64,000 bases of DNA from an uncultured Draconibacterium sp. GTDB taxonomy: Bacteria; Bacteroidota; Bacteroidia; Bacteroidales; Prolixibacteraceae. The stretch covers positions 2,047,199 to 2,111,198 of the forward strand of contig NZ_CAXXRE010000003.1 in the NCBI RefSeq assembly GCF_963674925.2, in the 5' to 3' direction. Both the position numbers and the translations under genes were made by a program. Under the pieces are notes generated by a model. It made no database searches. It worked only from the letters and a program-made list of their open reading frames with translations, and was not told the origin of the DNA. How positions within the stretch are numbered: the first letter of the stretch is position 1; every line of letters starts with the position of its first letter. Shown here one piece after another: positions 46,604 to 56,630 of the stretch.

Positions 46604-48384
46604 TGAGCACAGGCAAAAGCAATATTATCAAAAATGTAGACTGGAAGTTGTTCCGAAAGTTTGCCGGCTATTTTAAACCGCACAAAAAGTGGTTTTTCCT
46701 GAGTCTCGCTTCCATTCCTATCACCACCGGGGCAGGTATTTTATTTCTTTGGTTGATTGAAGATATAATTGATAATTACATCGTGCCGGGCAATGTGGAT
46801 GGCTTGATCAGGCAAACCATTTTTCTGGCCATAGCATTGCTTCTAAACATTCTGTTCGACGGAGTTTACAGTTACTCTTTTTCAAAAGCAGGAGGGTTGG
46901 CTGTTGTTGATTTACGCAGGCGTTTATTTGGAAAATCCTTACGTTTTCCGTTGAGTTATTTTGATAAAAAACCAATTGGTGTAACCTTATCGCGCCTTAC
47001 CAGCGATATGGAATCGGTTTCGGATTCGTTTGCTGCCGGAGTGCTTGGTTTACTGGCCGACAGTATAAAAACGCTGGCCTTGGTGGGTTATCTTTTTTAC
47101 ATCAACTGGCGCCTTACGCTGGTGTTGTTACTGGTGGTTCCGGTAATTATTCTGGTGATAAACTTTCTGCGGAAAAAGATTAGAAAAGCATACAATACTT
47201 CACGAACCAGTTTGGCAAAATCGGCCGCTTATTTGCAGGAAGCTTTAACTGGAATGAAAACGGTTCAGCTTTTTGCTGCTGAAGATAAGGTGCTGAATAA
47301 ATACGACAATCTGAACAAAGAATTTTGCGACGCACAAAATAAATCGAATGTTTACGATTCATTTCTTTATTCGATTGTGGAAGGGATCACTTCAGTAGCC
47401 ACGGCATTGGTGATTTGGTATGGCGCTATTCAAATATGGGATTACGGTTATACGTTGGGGATTCTGATTGTGTTTGTAACTACTTTGGAGCGTCTTTTTG
47501 TTCCGGTAAAACAGTTTGCCCAGCAAATTTCAACTATTCAGCGGGCCATGTCGGCGCTTGAGCACATTAGCGAAATGTTCGATCAGCAAGTTGAAGATCC
47601 GAAAGCAGAATCATCACAAACGGTTCCCGAAGCAATAGCTTTGCAGGAAATCGAGTTTAAAAATGTAAGTTTTCGGTATTCGGAAGATACGCCGGATGTG
47701 CTGAAAGATGTATCGTTTAAGTTGCAAAAAGGCGATCGTCTGGCGTTAGTCGGAACAACAGGATCGGGGAAATCTACGATTATCCGGTTATTGGCGAAAA
47801 CATACACCGGTTATCGCGGATCGATTAAAATTAATGGAACCGAGTTGTCGGATATACCCATCGGACAGGTTCGAGAAACGATCTCCATTATGCAACAGGA
47901 TATTTACATGTTTAACGATACCGTTGAATTTAATATCTCGCTGGGGCGAAAATATATTTCCCATAGTGATGTGGAACAGTCGGCATCTTTTGTTTATGCC
48001 AATTATTTTATCGATCAGTTGCCCCACGGCTACAACTTTGTTATTCAGGATAATGGCGATAATCTTTCGAAAGGACAGGCACAGTTAATTTCTTTTGCAA
48101 GAGCCATTGCCGGAAACAGCGAGTTGATAATCCTGGACGAAGCAACCAGTGCTGTTGATTCAATTACCGAGCAGTACATACAAAAAGCGATTGCCAATAT
48201 TTTTTCTAAAAAAACGGTAATTGCAGTGGCGCATAGGTTAAGCACTATTAAAAATTCAAATATGATTTTAGTGTTGGAAGACGGGCAGATTATCGAACGT
48301 GGTAATCACGAACAGCTCCTGAAATTCGGCGGAAAATATGCACGGCTTTTACATCAGTTTGAGGAGGAAGAGCAACAAGCTTAA
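46603..48384 (+). CDS. Heterodimeric ABC exporter subunit (catalytic Walker B, degenerate signature)
   Basis: GTTGSGKS, LSKGQAQ, IILDEATSAVD, VAHRLST; TAATG overlap with the previous gene. Confidence 0.9.
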   Translation: MSTGKSNIIKNVDWKLFRKFAGYFKPHKKWFFLSLASIPITTGAGILFLWLIEDIIDNYIVPGNVDGLIRQTIFLAIALLLNILFDGVYSYSFSKAGGLAVVDLRRRLFGKSLRFPLSYFDKKPIGVTLSRLTSDMESVSDSFAAGVLGLLADSIKTLALVGYLFYINWRLTLVLLLVVPVIILVINFLRKKIRKAYNTSRTSLAKSAAYLQEALTGMKTVQLFAAEDKVLNKYDNLNKEFCDAQNKSNVYDSFLYSIVEGITSVATALVIWYGAIQIWDYGYTLGILIVFVTTLERLFVPVKQFAQQISTIQRAMSALEHISEMFDQQVEDPKAESSQTVPEAIALQEIEFKNVSFRYSEDTPDVLKDVSFKLQKGDRLALVGTTGSGKSTIIRLLAKTYTGYRGSIKINGTELSDIPIGQVRETISIMQQDIYMFNDTVEFNISLGRKYISHSDVEQSASFVYANYFIDQLPHGYNFVIQDNGDNLSKGQAQLISFARAIAGNSELIILDEATSAVDSITEQYIQKAIANIFSKKTVIAVAHRLSTIKNSNMILVLEDGQIIERGNHEQLLKFGGKYARLLHQFEEEEQQA

Positions 48385-49001
48385 AAAATCCCGAAAATTA
48401 CAAGTGCATAAATTATAAAACGCATGTAGCGGAAAAGCGACCACAGTAAGTAGCTTTTAAAATTGTATCCGATAAGGCCCGAAGCAAGACTTACAACAGA
48501 GTGGGGAACCGGCGAAACAGCTCCCAGAAAAACAAAGATGCCACCCCACTTCCGGAGATTGACAATGTGTTTTTGAATTTTGTTTTCGATATGGTTTTTC
48601 ACCGAAGGAATTAGAAACAAACGTGTTCCCAGGAAATAGGAAATTATTCCTCCAACATAGGATAGTGTTGCCAAAATAAACAACGCTCCCCACGGAATCT
48701 CCAATTTCGAGGCCCAGGCAATAAACATTTCAGGAGGTACCAACCCTAAAAATGTTTCGGATAAAAGAAATACCGAATAAATGATCTTTGGCGAATAGGT
48801 ATCCACCAGGTTGTTGAGGATTAAATTAAAATCCAATAGAAAAATTTCGAGGCTAACCAGCAAAAGCACAAACACTGTTGCAATTGTTGCGGCTTTGTAG
48901 GCTGTGCTTTTCAGAAACGGATAAAACTGCGTAATGCGGTAATATCTGTTCAATATCGAAAGGCGCCTGGGGGAGAAGTTATATCGTAAATACCTAATCA
49001 T
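48381..49001 (-). CDS. DedA/YqaA (VTT domain) membrane protein
   Basis: LSETFLGLVPPE, AVSPVPHSVVSLASG, FRYMRF. Confidence 0.7.
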   Translation of the reverse strand: MIRYLRYNFSPRRLSILNRYYRITQFYPFLKSTAYKAATIATVFVLLLVSLEIFLLDFNLILNNLVDTYSPKIIYSVFLLSETFLGLVPPEMFIAWASKLEIPWGALFILATLSYVGGIISYFLGTRLFLIPSVKNHIENKIQKHIVNLRKWGGIFVFLGAVSPVPHSVVSLASGLIGYNFKSYLLWSLFRYMRFIIYALVIFGIF

Positions 49002-49575
49002 TGTTTTCTGTTATGTCTATCGTAAAATCGAAAAACGATACTATATAACACATATTAATTTTGAAATGTTGTGATGTGAGGCATAAAAAATCAACTTTAA
49101 CATCTTTTTAACCATTATGTAGCCGAAAGCAACTATTTCTAATTGTAAAAGATATGAAACGAAAGTAATTTGGGAATGGACTTTTATCTGGTTTAGTGGT
49201 GGATCTACATACTATATTTGGGGAAGAATGAAAAAGTTTTGATCCGATACCAATGAGAAAGGAACAGTAGTAGAGGCCTTTGGTGTCGACGGTTTCAGAA
49301 CCGTCTCAAAATTTATGAACCATGTGGCATAGGAACAATTTGAAGAGGGGAAGTAAAAAATCAAATATAAAGCTCAAACTCCCGCTATCATCTCTGGCAG
49401 ACATTGCGTTCTGCTTTTTTTTGATCAAAGATCAATGCGCTACATTTCTGATAAAAGTAAATTTCAATCAGCATATGAGTAATTACCGGAAAATTTGAGC
49501 TTAAAAAATTGCCCGGGTAGTTTCAGGCAATAGGAGGTGGTGTAGATTTTTTTATACAAACTGAGGAATGAGATA

Positions 49576-49983
49576 CTAGTGAACAACATCCTCAATCAAT
49601 AACTCTATAAAATCGGAAGAAACCGGTTTTTCAAGGTATGCACTCACAAAAGGATATTTCATAACCTTATTCCGGTCGTCCTGCTTTTGCGAAGATGAAC
49701 ACACAAAAACCTCAATCGATTTTTTCAATTTTTTCAGTTCGTTAAAATACTGTAGAAACTTAAATCCGTCCATAACCGGCATGTACAGGTCTAAAAGGAT
49801 GTAATCCGGTAAATCTTCTTTATTCTTTATTTGTTTTAGATATTCGATACCTTTCTTAGCGTTTTCGAAATGTATCAGATAATCCGATAATTTCTTTTGT
49901 TCCAAAATAGAGTTATAATTACGAACCATCTCCGTATCGTCATCTATGAATATAATCTTCTTATATCCTGTAGTCATCCCCAT
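49576..49983 (-). CDS. Single-domain response regulator
   Basis: IFIDDD, ILLDLYMPVMDGFKFL, SSS, YLEKP; start 49983 or 49977. Confidence 0.88.
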   Translation of the reverse strand: MGMTTGYKKIIFIDDDTEMVRNYNSILEQKKLSDYLIHFENAKKGIEYLKQIKNKEDLPDYILLDLYMPVMDGFKFLQYFNELKKLKKSIEVFVCSSSQKQDDRNKVMKYPFVSAYLEKPVSSDFIELLIEDVVH

Positions 49984-50064
49984 TTCATAATTTGTTTTGC
50001 TATAAGTAATCCAAATACTATTCCAAAGTACGAACAGCAAACGTCATTATTGAACGCTTTTAAA

Positions 50065-51435
50065 CTATAGTTTTATATCGTACAATTTAATTTTGTTGTA
50101 GAGTGTTTTGCGGTCGATATTCAGAATTTTTGCCGCCTTCGATTTATTGTAACCGGCTTCCTGAATGGTTTCAATTATCAGCTTTTTTTCAATTTCGGAA
50201 GAAGCATGTTTTAATTTTGAATCGGTGTTAATGTCGTGTGCCGTAATGGTTTGAGTGTGGCTGTTGCTGATGCCGGGGTGCAGAATTTCGGAGGGAAAGC
50301 AGTCGGTGTCAATTTGTTCTCCTTCAGCCATTAACACAGCTCTCTTTAGCACATTTTTAAGTTCGCGAAGGTTACCGTACCACGGATATTTTAAGATAAC
50401 GGATTCGGCCTCGGGACTAACTCCGGTAATATTCCGGTTAAGCTCTTTGTTGGCACTTTCGATAAAATAGCTCATAAACACTTTAATATCCTCGGGGCGC
50501 TCGCGCAATGGCGGCATTGCAATTTTAAATTCGTTGAGGCGGTGATACAGATCTTCTCTGAAATTATTTTCTTTCACTTCATAATTTAAATCCTCGTTGG
50601 TAGCCGCAATAATACGTATGTCAATTTGTTTGGCTTTGTCATCTCCTAAACGCACAACTACCCGTTCCTGAATGGCCCGCAACAACTTTAGCTGAACATC
50701 GTAACTCAGGTTTCCGATTTCATCGAGAAAAAGTGTGCCGCCATCGGCTTTTTGAAACACTCCAATTTTGTCGGAAATTGCACCAGTGAATGAGCCTTTT
50801 ATGTGCCCGAAAAGTTCGCTGTTGGCCAGTTCTTTCGGAATGGCACCACAATCGATTGCCAGAAACGGCTTGTCTTTTCGCAGGCTGTTTTCGTGTATAA
50901 AACGGGCAATATATTCTTTCCCAATTCCGGTTTCGCCCGAAATAATTACCGACATATCGGTTGGAGCCACCTTACGCGCAAGGTTAATTACATACTTTAT
51001 TTTCGCGCTTTCGCCAATAATAAAATCGCCGTTTGAATAAACCGTTTTACGGCTCTTTTTAGCAGCTGAAGGGCCTTGATTTTTCATCAGTTTTTTTATC
51101 AGCCCCAAAAGTTCCTCTTGTTGAATGGGCTTTGTGATGTAATCGCTGGCTCCCAGTTTCATTAATTTCACAGCCATTCTAACATCGGCGTAGGCTGTCA
51201 TTATAATTACCGGAACCGACTGATTTATCGACTTTAGTTGTTGCATGAGGTCGAGCCCACTGGTATCAGGCAACCTGAAATCGCATAAAACAAGGTCGAA
51301 TTTGTTTTCTTTAAAAAGTTTGAGTGCGCCTTTTCCGTTAAAGGCAATTTCGGCACTGTACTTATTGTTTTGAAGATGTTTTTTTAAAATCTCGCAGATG
51401 AATGTGTCATCGTCAATAATCAATATCTTCTTCAT
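50065..51435 (-). CDS. Sigma54-dependent response regulator (NtrC family)
   Basis: Receiver; GETGIGKE, ELFGHIKGSFTGA, GGTLFLDEIG, REDLYHRLN, WYGNLREL; Fis HTH. Confidence 0.95.
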   Translation of the reverse strand: MKKILIIDDDTFICEILKKHLQNNKYSAEIAFNGKGALKLFKENKFDLVLCDFRLPDTSGLDLMQQLKSINQSVPVIIMTAYADVRMAVKLMKLGASDYITKPIQQEELLGLIKKLMKNQGPSAAKKSRKTVYSNGDFIIGESAKIKYVINLARKVAPTDMSVIISGETGIGKEYIARFIHENSLRKDKPFLAIDCGAIPKELANSELFGHIKGSFTGAISDKIGVFQKADGGTLFLDEIGNLSYDVQLKLLRAIQERVVVRLGDDKAKQIDIRIIAATNEDLNYEVKENNFREDLYHRLNEFKIAMPPLRERPEDIKVFMSYFIESANKELNRNITGVSPEAESVILKYPWYGNLRELKNVLKRAVLMAEGEQIDTDCFPSEILHPGISNSHTQTITAHDINTDSKLKHASSEIEKKLIIETIQEAGYNKSKAAKILNIDRKTLYNKIKLYDIKL

Positions 51436-51501
51436 TTATTGAATTTATGTTGGTATAAGTTTATACAATAGTGCACCCAAAAAGTTTAATGGGCTTTGTT
51501 T

Positions 51502-53931
51502 CTATTTTTTAGCTGCTTGTGCTTGTTTTACTATTTCTTCTATTTGCCCCGAAACCTTGCTTACCGTCTTAGGCAGTGCCGCAAATTGCGCATCTCTTAA
51601 CGCCAGGTCTTCTATTTTTGAAAGTACGTTTGCCGTGCCGTTTAGTTTAAAAAATTTGAACGACGGAATGGCTTTGTGTGCTTTTTCGCCAATTATTTTC
51701 CAGTCTTCATTTTCCAATCCAACTTTAAACTCCGCGAGCAATGTTTCTGCATTTTCGGTAAAATTGTCGATCATCGTATTAAAAAACTTTTTGTCGCCTG
51801 CAGCTGTTTTTTCCAGGTCGTGTACATTAAATGTGTCGTCGACTACCGGTTCTTCAAACGTTGTTTCAATGGTTGCCGGGCTTTGTTTATCGTTGTTCTC
51901 TATCTGCAAAATATTACAAATTTTATTGTATAATTCAATTTCGTAGAAAGGTTTAATAACATAATCGTTAAACCCAACTTTCAGATAGCTGTTAATATCG
52001 GTTTTTAGCGCGTTTGCGGTTAATGCCACAAATGGAGTATCCGCATTCAATTCGTTATTTGCACGTACTTTTTTTACCACATCAACACCATTTTTTCGTG
52101 GCATATGTATGTCGAGCAACACCAGATCGAACTGTTTAGTTTTGAGTGCATTTAAGGCTTCCTCTCCGTCTACTACCAGCATGAAATCGGTATGCCAGCC
52201 TTTTAAAACCAATTCGGATAGCATGCGGTTGTGTTTATCGTCGTCGGCCAAAAGAATTTTTTTACCACGTAAAAGACTGTCATCAAGATTGTACGATTTT
52301 TCTTTTTCTTTCTCAGGTTCCGCATCGGATAATTCCAACGGAATGTTTACCCTGAAAGTACTGCCTTCGTTCTTATTACTGGTAACGGTAATGTCGCCTT
52401 TAAAAAGAGTAACGAGCTTTTTGCATATTCCCAAACCCAGTCCGGCGCCGCCACGAATCTTTTCTGTTCGTTTGTTTCCCTGCTCAAATACATCAAAAAT
52501 ATAAGGCAGGTCTTTTTCCTCAATTCCAATACCCGTATCACTTACCTCGAAAACCAGTTCAACCACTTTTTTTGTTTTTCGGGCAACCTCAGTGCTTAAT
52601 TTTACCTGTCCTCTTTCGGTGTATTTAAAGGCGTTGACAAGTAAATTCATCAATATCTGTCGTAAGCGAAAAGGATCTCCTTTTACAAAATCGGGGATAG
52701 CCTTGTCGGTCGATATTTTGAATTCCAGGTTTTTCTCAGCAGCTTGTTTTGTGTATACATCTGCCAGCTCGTTGAGTAATTCTTTTATCGAAAAGCTTGT
52801 TTTTTCAATGTAAACTTTATTCATTCCCAGCTTAAAAAGGAATACAATTTCGTTCACCAGGTAAAGCAAATGTTCGGATGAATGATTGATTAGCGAAATA
52901 AATTTCTGCTGCTGCTTATCCAGTTTTGTTTTCTTTAGCTGGTCGGTGAATCCTATAATTGAATTAAGCGGTGTCCGAATTTCGTGGCTCATATTGGCCA
53001 GGAATATTGATTTTGCCTTATTGGCTCGCTGCGCTTCCTCTTTACTTTTTATAAGTTTTTCTTCCAGTATCTTATCTTTTGTAACATTCTGTGAAATAAG
53101 AATTCCGGCCAGCGTATTTCCCTCAATGTCTTTTACCGGAGCCGCAGCAATGTAATACACGTCTTTTTTATAACGAACTTCTCCTTCGGTAAATTCTCCG
53201 TTTATCGCTTTGTTATAAAATGGAAAATAACGACGCTGATCTTGTTTTGTATACACGTCGAAAAGTGTTTTCCCTATAAAGCTGGAGTTTGTTAAATTAT
53301 ACTTTTCTTTTTCCTTTCCACCAGCGAGAATATAGCGGTATTCCGTGTCGAACAGAAATACATCCATCCCCGGGAGGTTGTTTAAAACGATGGATTGGAA
53401 ATCAGCCAGGTGCACGTGCTGAAGGTCCTTGAACGAATAGTAAACAATAACCCGGTTATTATCGGTATTACTGGCCAGCATATCAAATTCAAGAACACAT
53501 TCCCGCTGCCGGTTTATACCCGTTTTAAGCAGCACTTCGGCTTTAGTATTTTTCTTCTCGCTCAAGGCCTCAAGAAATGCTGAATTAAATTCGTTTAGCG
53601 TACTTTCTTCAACCAGATCGGCGAGATTTAGCCTTTCCGGACTTTCAGTATAGTCGTTATGATAATTCTGGAACCCGGGGGAGAGAATAATCTCTGCGGC
53701 GGTATTTATAATAAAAACGCCATCTTTTTTTGTGCGTTCATCTGTTTCCTTTTCTCCAACGATGGAAACATCCTCGAGTTTTCTTATTCGTATTTTATTG
53801 AGATGAAATGACAGCCACTGTTCTATCTGAACCAGATTTTCTTCGTTCAGTTCCTTTTTATTCAGTAAACTGTTAATTGTTTTTGAAAGTGAATTAAGGG
53901 AAAGTCTAAAATTATTTGAGTTCTCGGGCAT
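51502..53931 (-). CDS. Hybrid histidine kinase PAS-HisKA-HATPase-REC-HPt
   Basis: SHEIRTPLN, GDPFRLRQILMNLLVNAFKYT, DTGIG, GAGLGL, LLDIHMP, HPt AHKAIPS. Confidence 0.92.
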   Translation of the reverse strand: MPENSNNFRLSLNSLSKTINSLLNKKELNEENLVQIEQWLSFHLNKIRIRKLEDVSIVGEKETDERTKKDGVFIINTAAEIILSPGFQNYHNDYTESPERLNLADLVEESTLNEFNSAFLEALSEKKNTKAEVLLKTGINRQRECVLEFDMLASNTDNNRVIVYYSFKDLQHVHLADFQSIVLNNLPGMDVFLFDTEYRYILAGGKEKEKYNLTNSSFIGKTLFDVYTKQDQRRYFPFYNKAINGEFTEGEVRYKKDVYYIAAAPVKDIEGNTLAGILISQNVTKDKILEEKLIKSKEEAQRANKAKSIFLANMSHEIRTPLNSIIGFTDQLKKTKLDKQQQKFISLINHSSEHLLYLVNEIVFLFKLGMNKVYIEKTSFSIKELLNELADVYTKQAAEKNLEFKISTDKAIPDFVKGDPFRLRQILMNLLVNAFKYTERGQVKLSTEVARKTKKVVELVFEVSDTGIGIEEKDLPYIFDVFEQGNKRTEKIRGGAGLGLGICKKLVTLFKGDITVTSNKNEGSTFRVNIPLELSDAEPEKEKEKSYNLDDSLLRGKKILLADDDKHNRMLSELVLKGWHTDFMLVVDGEEALNALKTKQFDLVLLDIHMPRKNGVDVVKKVRANNELNADTPFVALTANALKTDINSYLKVGFNDYVIKPFYEIELYNKICNILQIENNDKQSPATIETTFEEPVVDDTFNVHDLEKTAAGDKKFFNTMIDNFTENAETLLAEFKVGLENEDWKIIGEKAHKAIPSFKFFKLNGTANVLSKIEDLALRDAQFAALPKTVSKVSGQIEEIVKQAQAAKK

Positions 53932-54114
53932 TGAATTATAAATTGAAATAGACTGTTATTAAAAGTAAAAGATAAAGATACTTTTGCGGATTAAGGAATA
54001 AAGTGTCTATTATTTATACGATTTAACGAATTGCCCTACTTTGGTTAGAGTAGATATGCGCCCGGAAATATAGTATTTAGCTTACATCTTGATGAAATGA
54101 GGTGTTGTACATTT

Positions 54115-54339
54115 TTATTCATCTTCTTCTTCCGTTTCGTGAGCCCGGTTTTTCCTGTTGCGAATTAAATCCAGAAATAAATGGGTACCAAATTCAAAGG
54201 CCCAGTCTTTTAGCCCATCGGTAAAATTGTTAATAATACCCACCGACGAACCAAGCAGTTGCTTTTCGTTTAATTTCTGGCGGTACTCCAGGTTTTCCTT
54301 CATGAGCTCCAGTTCCCGCATATTTTTTACTTGCTTCAT
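54115..54339 (-). CDS. Small hypothetical protein, third gene of YtxH operon
   Basis: 74 aa, collinear with YtxH and holin-like genes. Confidence 0.6.
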   Translation of the reverse strand: MKQVKNMRELELMKENLEYRQKLNEKQLLGSSVGIINNFTDGLKDWAFEFGTHLFLDLIRNRKNRAHETEEEDE

Positions 54340-54377
54340 ATTTGTAATGGTTTTTGCAACTATTCTTCCGGCTCGGC

Positions 54378-54743
54378 TTATTTATGGTTTACTTCATCAT
54401 CCTCGAACAGTATTTCCGAGAAATTAGATAGGAAGAACGAGGTCAATAGTTTTTTTCGGGTTAAAAGAAAAACGATAAGAAGTACAACTAAAATTCCCAG
54501 CACTATAAATGCACCTTCCAGGTAATTGCCATAGGTTTCGCCATACCAAAAGGTAAATACTACTCCGGCAAAAGCCAGTATTAGTGTGCACAATAAAATT
54601 ATTATGAGCATCCCGAACAGAATGCTCATGTATTTCGATGTTTTCTTTAAAAACAGGAGCTTAACCAAGTCGATTCGGGTCTGCACATATTGTTTAACGG
54701 CTTCGTTAAGCCCTGCTATACTTTCTGTTAAATTGTCGCTCAT
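54378..54743 (-). CDS. Phage-holin-like/DUF1469-type two-TM membrane protein
   Basis: YVQTRIDLVKL then two TM helices; typical partner of YtxH. Confidence 0.75.
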   Translation of the reverse strand: MSDNLTESIAGLNEAVKQYVQTRIDLVKLLFLKKTSKYMSILFGMLIIILLCTLILAFAGVVFTFWYGETYGNYLEGAFIVLGILVVLLIVFLLTRKKLLTSFFLSNFSEILFEDDEVNHK

Positions 54744-54776
54744 TTTTTTACTTCTAATTGTGAAAAATTACAATTA

Positions 54777-55073
54777 TTAGTTCGCGGCTGCATCTTTGGC
54801 TGATTTAGCCTTCGAATTCACTTTTTCTTTAATTTTTTCTTCCGCTTCTTCTGCTTTTGAGCGCATTTCTGAAACAACATCGTTCAGCTTTTCTTTAATT
54901 TCGTCTACTTTGTCTCCAATAGTTTCTGAAACATCTTGCGTAGTTCTTTTAATCTGTTTGTTTAATTTTTTACGTGTTTTCACACCTTTGTCGGGAGCTA
55001 CCAGAATTCCTGTTAAAGTTCCTGCTGCTGCACCGGCAATAAATCCCATTAATACGTTTGTTGCTTTACTCAT
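54777..55073 (-). CDS. YtxH domain protein
   Basis: GFIAGAAAGTLTGILVAPDKGVKTRKKL followed by coiled coil. Confidence 0.9.
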   Translation of the reverse strand: MSKATNVLMGFIAGAAAGTLTGILVAPDKGVKTRKKLNKQIKRTTQDVSETIGDKVDEIKEKLNDVVSEMRSKAEEAEEKIKEKVNSKAKSAKDAAAN

Positions 55074-55234
55074 AATAAATCTTTTTAAGGTTACTATTAA
55101 ATTGTTTTCTAATCTCTGTTACCCTTCTTAGAAAATTCCATTCCATTCTGCCAATGTATTAGTTGAAATAGTATAAGGGCCAGATTTAAAGAGGTGTACG
55201 AGGTTTTCGTACTTTAGTTGCATGCCCGCGTTGT

Positions 55235-55278
55235 TGAGAATATTCTACAGTTATTGTGTAATGTGTAGAATTGTTTCA
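55235..55278. promoter_or_regulatory. Candidate tandem enhancer (bEBP) sites in divergent intergenic region
   Basis: TGAGAATATTCTACA (palindromic core AGAATATTCT) and TGTAGAATTGTTTCA. Confidence 0.35.
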
Positions 55279-55324
55279 AGAGCAAATGTGTTGAATCACT
55301 GCGTTTTAAAAGCTTTTGTGTAAG

Positions 55325-55340
55325 TGGCACAATTTTGCCA
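55325..55340 (+). promoter_or_regulatory. TGGCA motif (sigma54 -24-like; also a TGGCA-N6-TGCCA dyad)
   Basis: TGGCACAATTTTGCCA; shares AGTGGCACAATT with the minus-strand site at 57753-57764; -12 spacing is off by one. Confidence 0.35.
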
Positions 55341-55372
55341 ACAGTAAATACGAAACGTTAAATACGAATATT

Positions 55373-55582
55373 ATGAAAGCATTAGGAACGATTTTACTCT
55401 TAATAGGATTAGCCGGAACGATATTTTTTGGAATAGAGGCTGTAAATAACTCAGAAACATTTAGCTTTTTAGGTTTGGATGTAGCCTTAAGTAGTGCCAA
55501 CTGGACACCCGTTATTATAAGTGGTGCTGTAGTGATTTTAGGCATTGTTTTTCTTTCGGTGAAAAAGAAGAAACTGGCATAG
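55373..55582 (+). CDS. Small two-TM membrane protein
   Basis: MKALGTILLLIGLAGTIFFG...NWTPVIISGAVVILGIVFLSVKKKKLA; followed by terminator. Confidence 0.75.
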   Translation: MKALGTILLLIGLAGTIFFGIEAVNNSETFSFLGLDVALSSANWTPVIISGAVVILGIVFLSVKKKKLA

Positions 55583-55612
55583 ATTTTCAATATAATAGAA
55601 TGACTTAAACAT

Positions 55613-55650
55613 AAAAAGACAGCTGCAATCAACAATGCAGTTGTCTTTTT
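55613..55650. terminator. Bidirectional terminator
   Basis: aaaaagacagctgca...tgcagttgtcttttt. Confidence 0.75.
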
Positions 55651-55721
55651 ATGTTAATAGTTGCAGGTGTGTAATTGTTTAGAATATGTAAAAGGCACCA
55701 GCTGTTATTATTCCTGTGTCG

Positions 55722-56630
55722 CTAGTCATCTGCCGCGCTGATTTTAAATGGCTCGGCAAATTTTAATGGCTTGTTCTCGTGATTATAAAAACGTGAATAC
55801 TGATAGCTTAGCTGAACACCGAAATAAAAGATTATCGACACATAATAAATCCAGAGCAGGATAACCACAAACGAACTGGCAGCCCCGTAAATTACGCCAA
55901 GCTGGCTTTTGCCAATAAAAATACTGATGAGGTATTTTCCAATAAAAAACAATATAGAAGTACAAACGGCTGCAAACCCACTTGCTTTCCATTTTACGAC
56001 TATATCCGGAAGGTAGCGGAAAATTAGCGTGAATACTAGGGCTGTGATAATTAAAGATGCGCCCATTTCGAGGAGATTAAAAAGGGTAATAAACTCGGGG
56101 TTGAATGTGTTGGATAACCAGTCCTGAAAAATACTCATTGATGCATCGAGAACCAGTGAAATAAGCAGTACCAGCCCCAGGCTTAAAATCAGCCCGAAAG
56201 AGAAAAGGCGGTCTCTTAAAAATTTGAGCACATTAAGCTTTAGATTTGATTTTACCCGAATTCGCCAGATATAGTTAATCGAGTTTTGCATGATACTAAA
56301 AAGTGTAGTTGCCGAAATGAGAAAAATACCACCCCCGATAAGTGCTCCCAATCCGCTTTTTTCGCCAATGTTATAGTTGTCGATGGCGGTTTGCAAAAGT
56401 CGGCTGCTGTCGTTGCCAATCAGTCGCGATACTTCGTTAAAAAGCTTTGCCCGGATAATAGCATCGTTGGTAAACATTCCAAGCACCGAAATAATGATAA
56501 TAAGAATGGGCGCAATGGAAAAAATAGCAAAAAACGATGTTGTCGCAGCCATTCCAACAGGATTGTTCGCGCTAAATTTTTTTATTGCTTTCAAAACTAT
56601 TTTTAGGTGATCGCTGAGTATTCTAATCAT
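55722..56630 (-). CDS. YihY/virulence factor BrkB family protein
   Basis: AATTSFFAIFSIAP, YGAASSFVVILLWIYY..IIFYFG. Confidence 0.92.
   Translation of the reverse strand: MIRILSDHLKIVLKAIKKFSANNPVGMAATTSFFAIFSIAPILIIIISVLGMFTNDAIIRAKLFNEVSRLIGNDSSRLLQTAIDNYNIGEKSGLGALIGGGIFLISATTLFSIMQNSINYIWRIRVKSNLKLNVLKFLRDRLFSFGLILSLGLVLLISLVLDASMSIFQDWLSNTFNPEFITLFNLLEMGASLIITALVFTLIFRYLPDIVVKWKASGFAAVCTSILFFIGKYLISIFIGKSQLGVIYGAASSFVVILLWIYYVSIIFYFGVQLSYQYSRFYNHENKPLKFAEPFKISAADD

Noticed and set aside
50780-50810. GSFTGA instead of GAFTGA in the sigma54 activator
   Set aside because: Common natural variant; not evidence of sigma54 independence
55139-55154. TTGGCAGAATGGAATG upstream of ytxH as a sigma54 promoter
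   Set aside because: No TT-G/C -12 element at the required spacing
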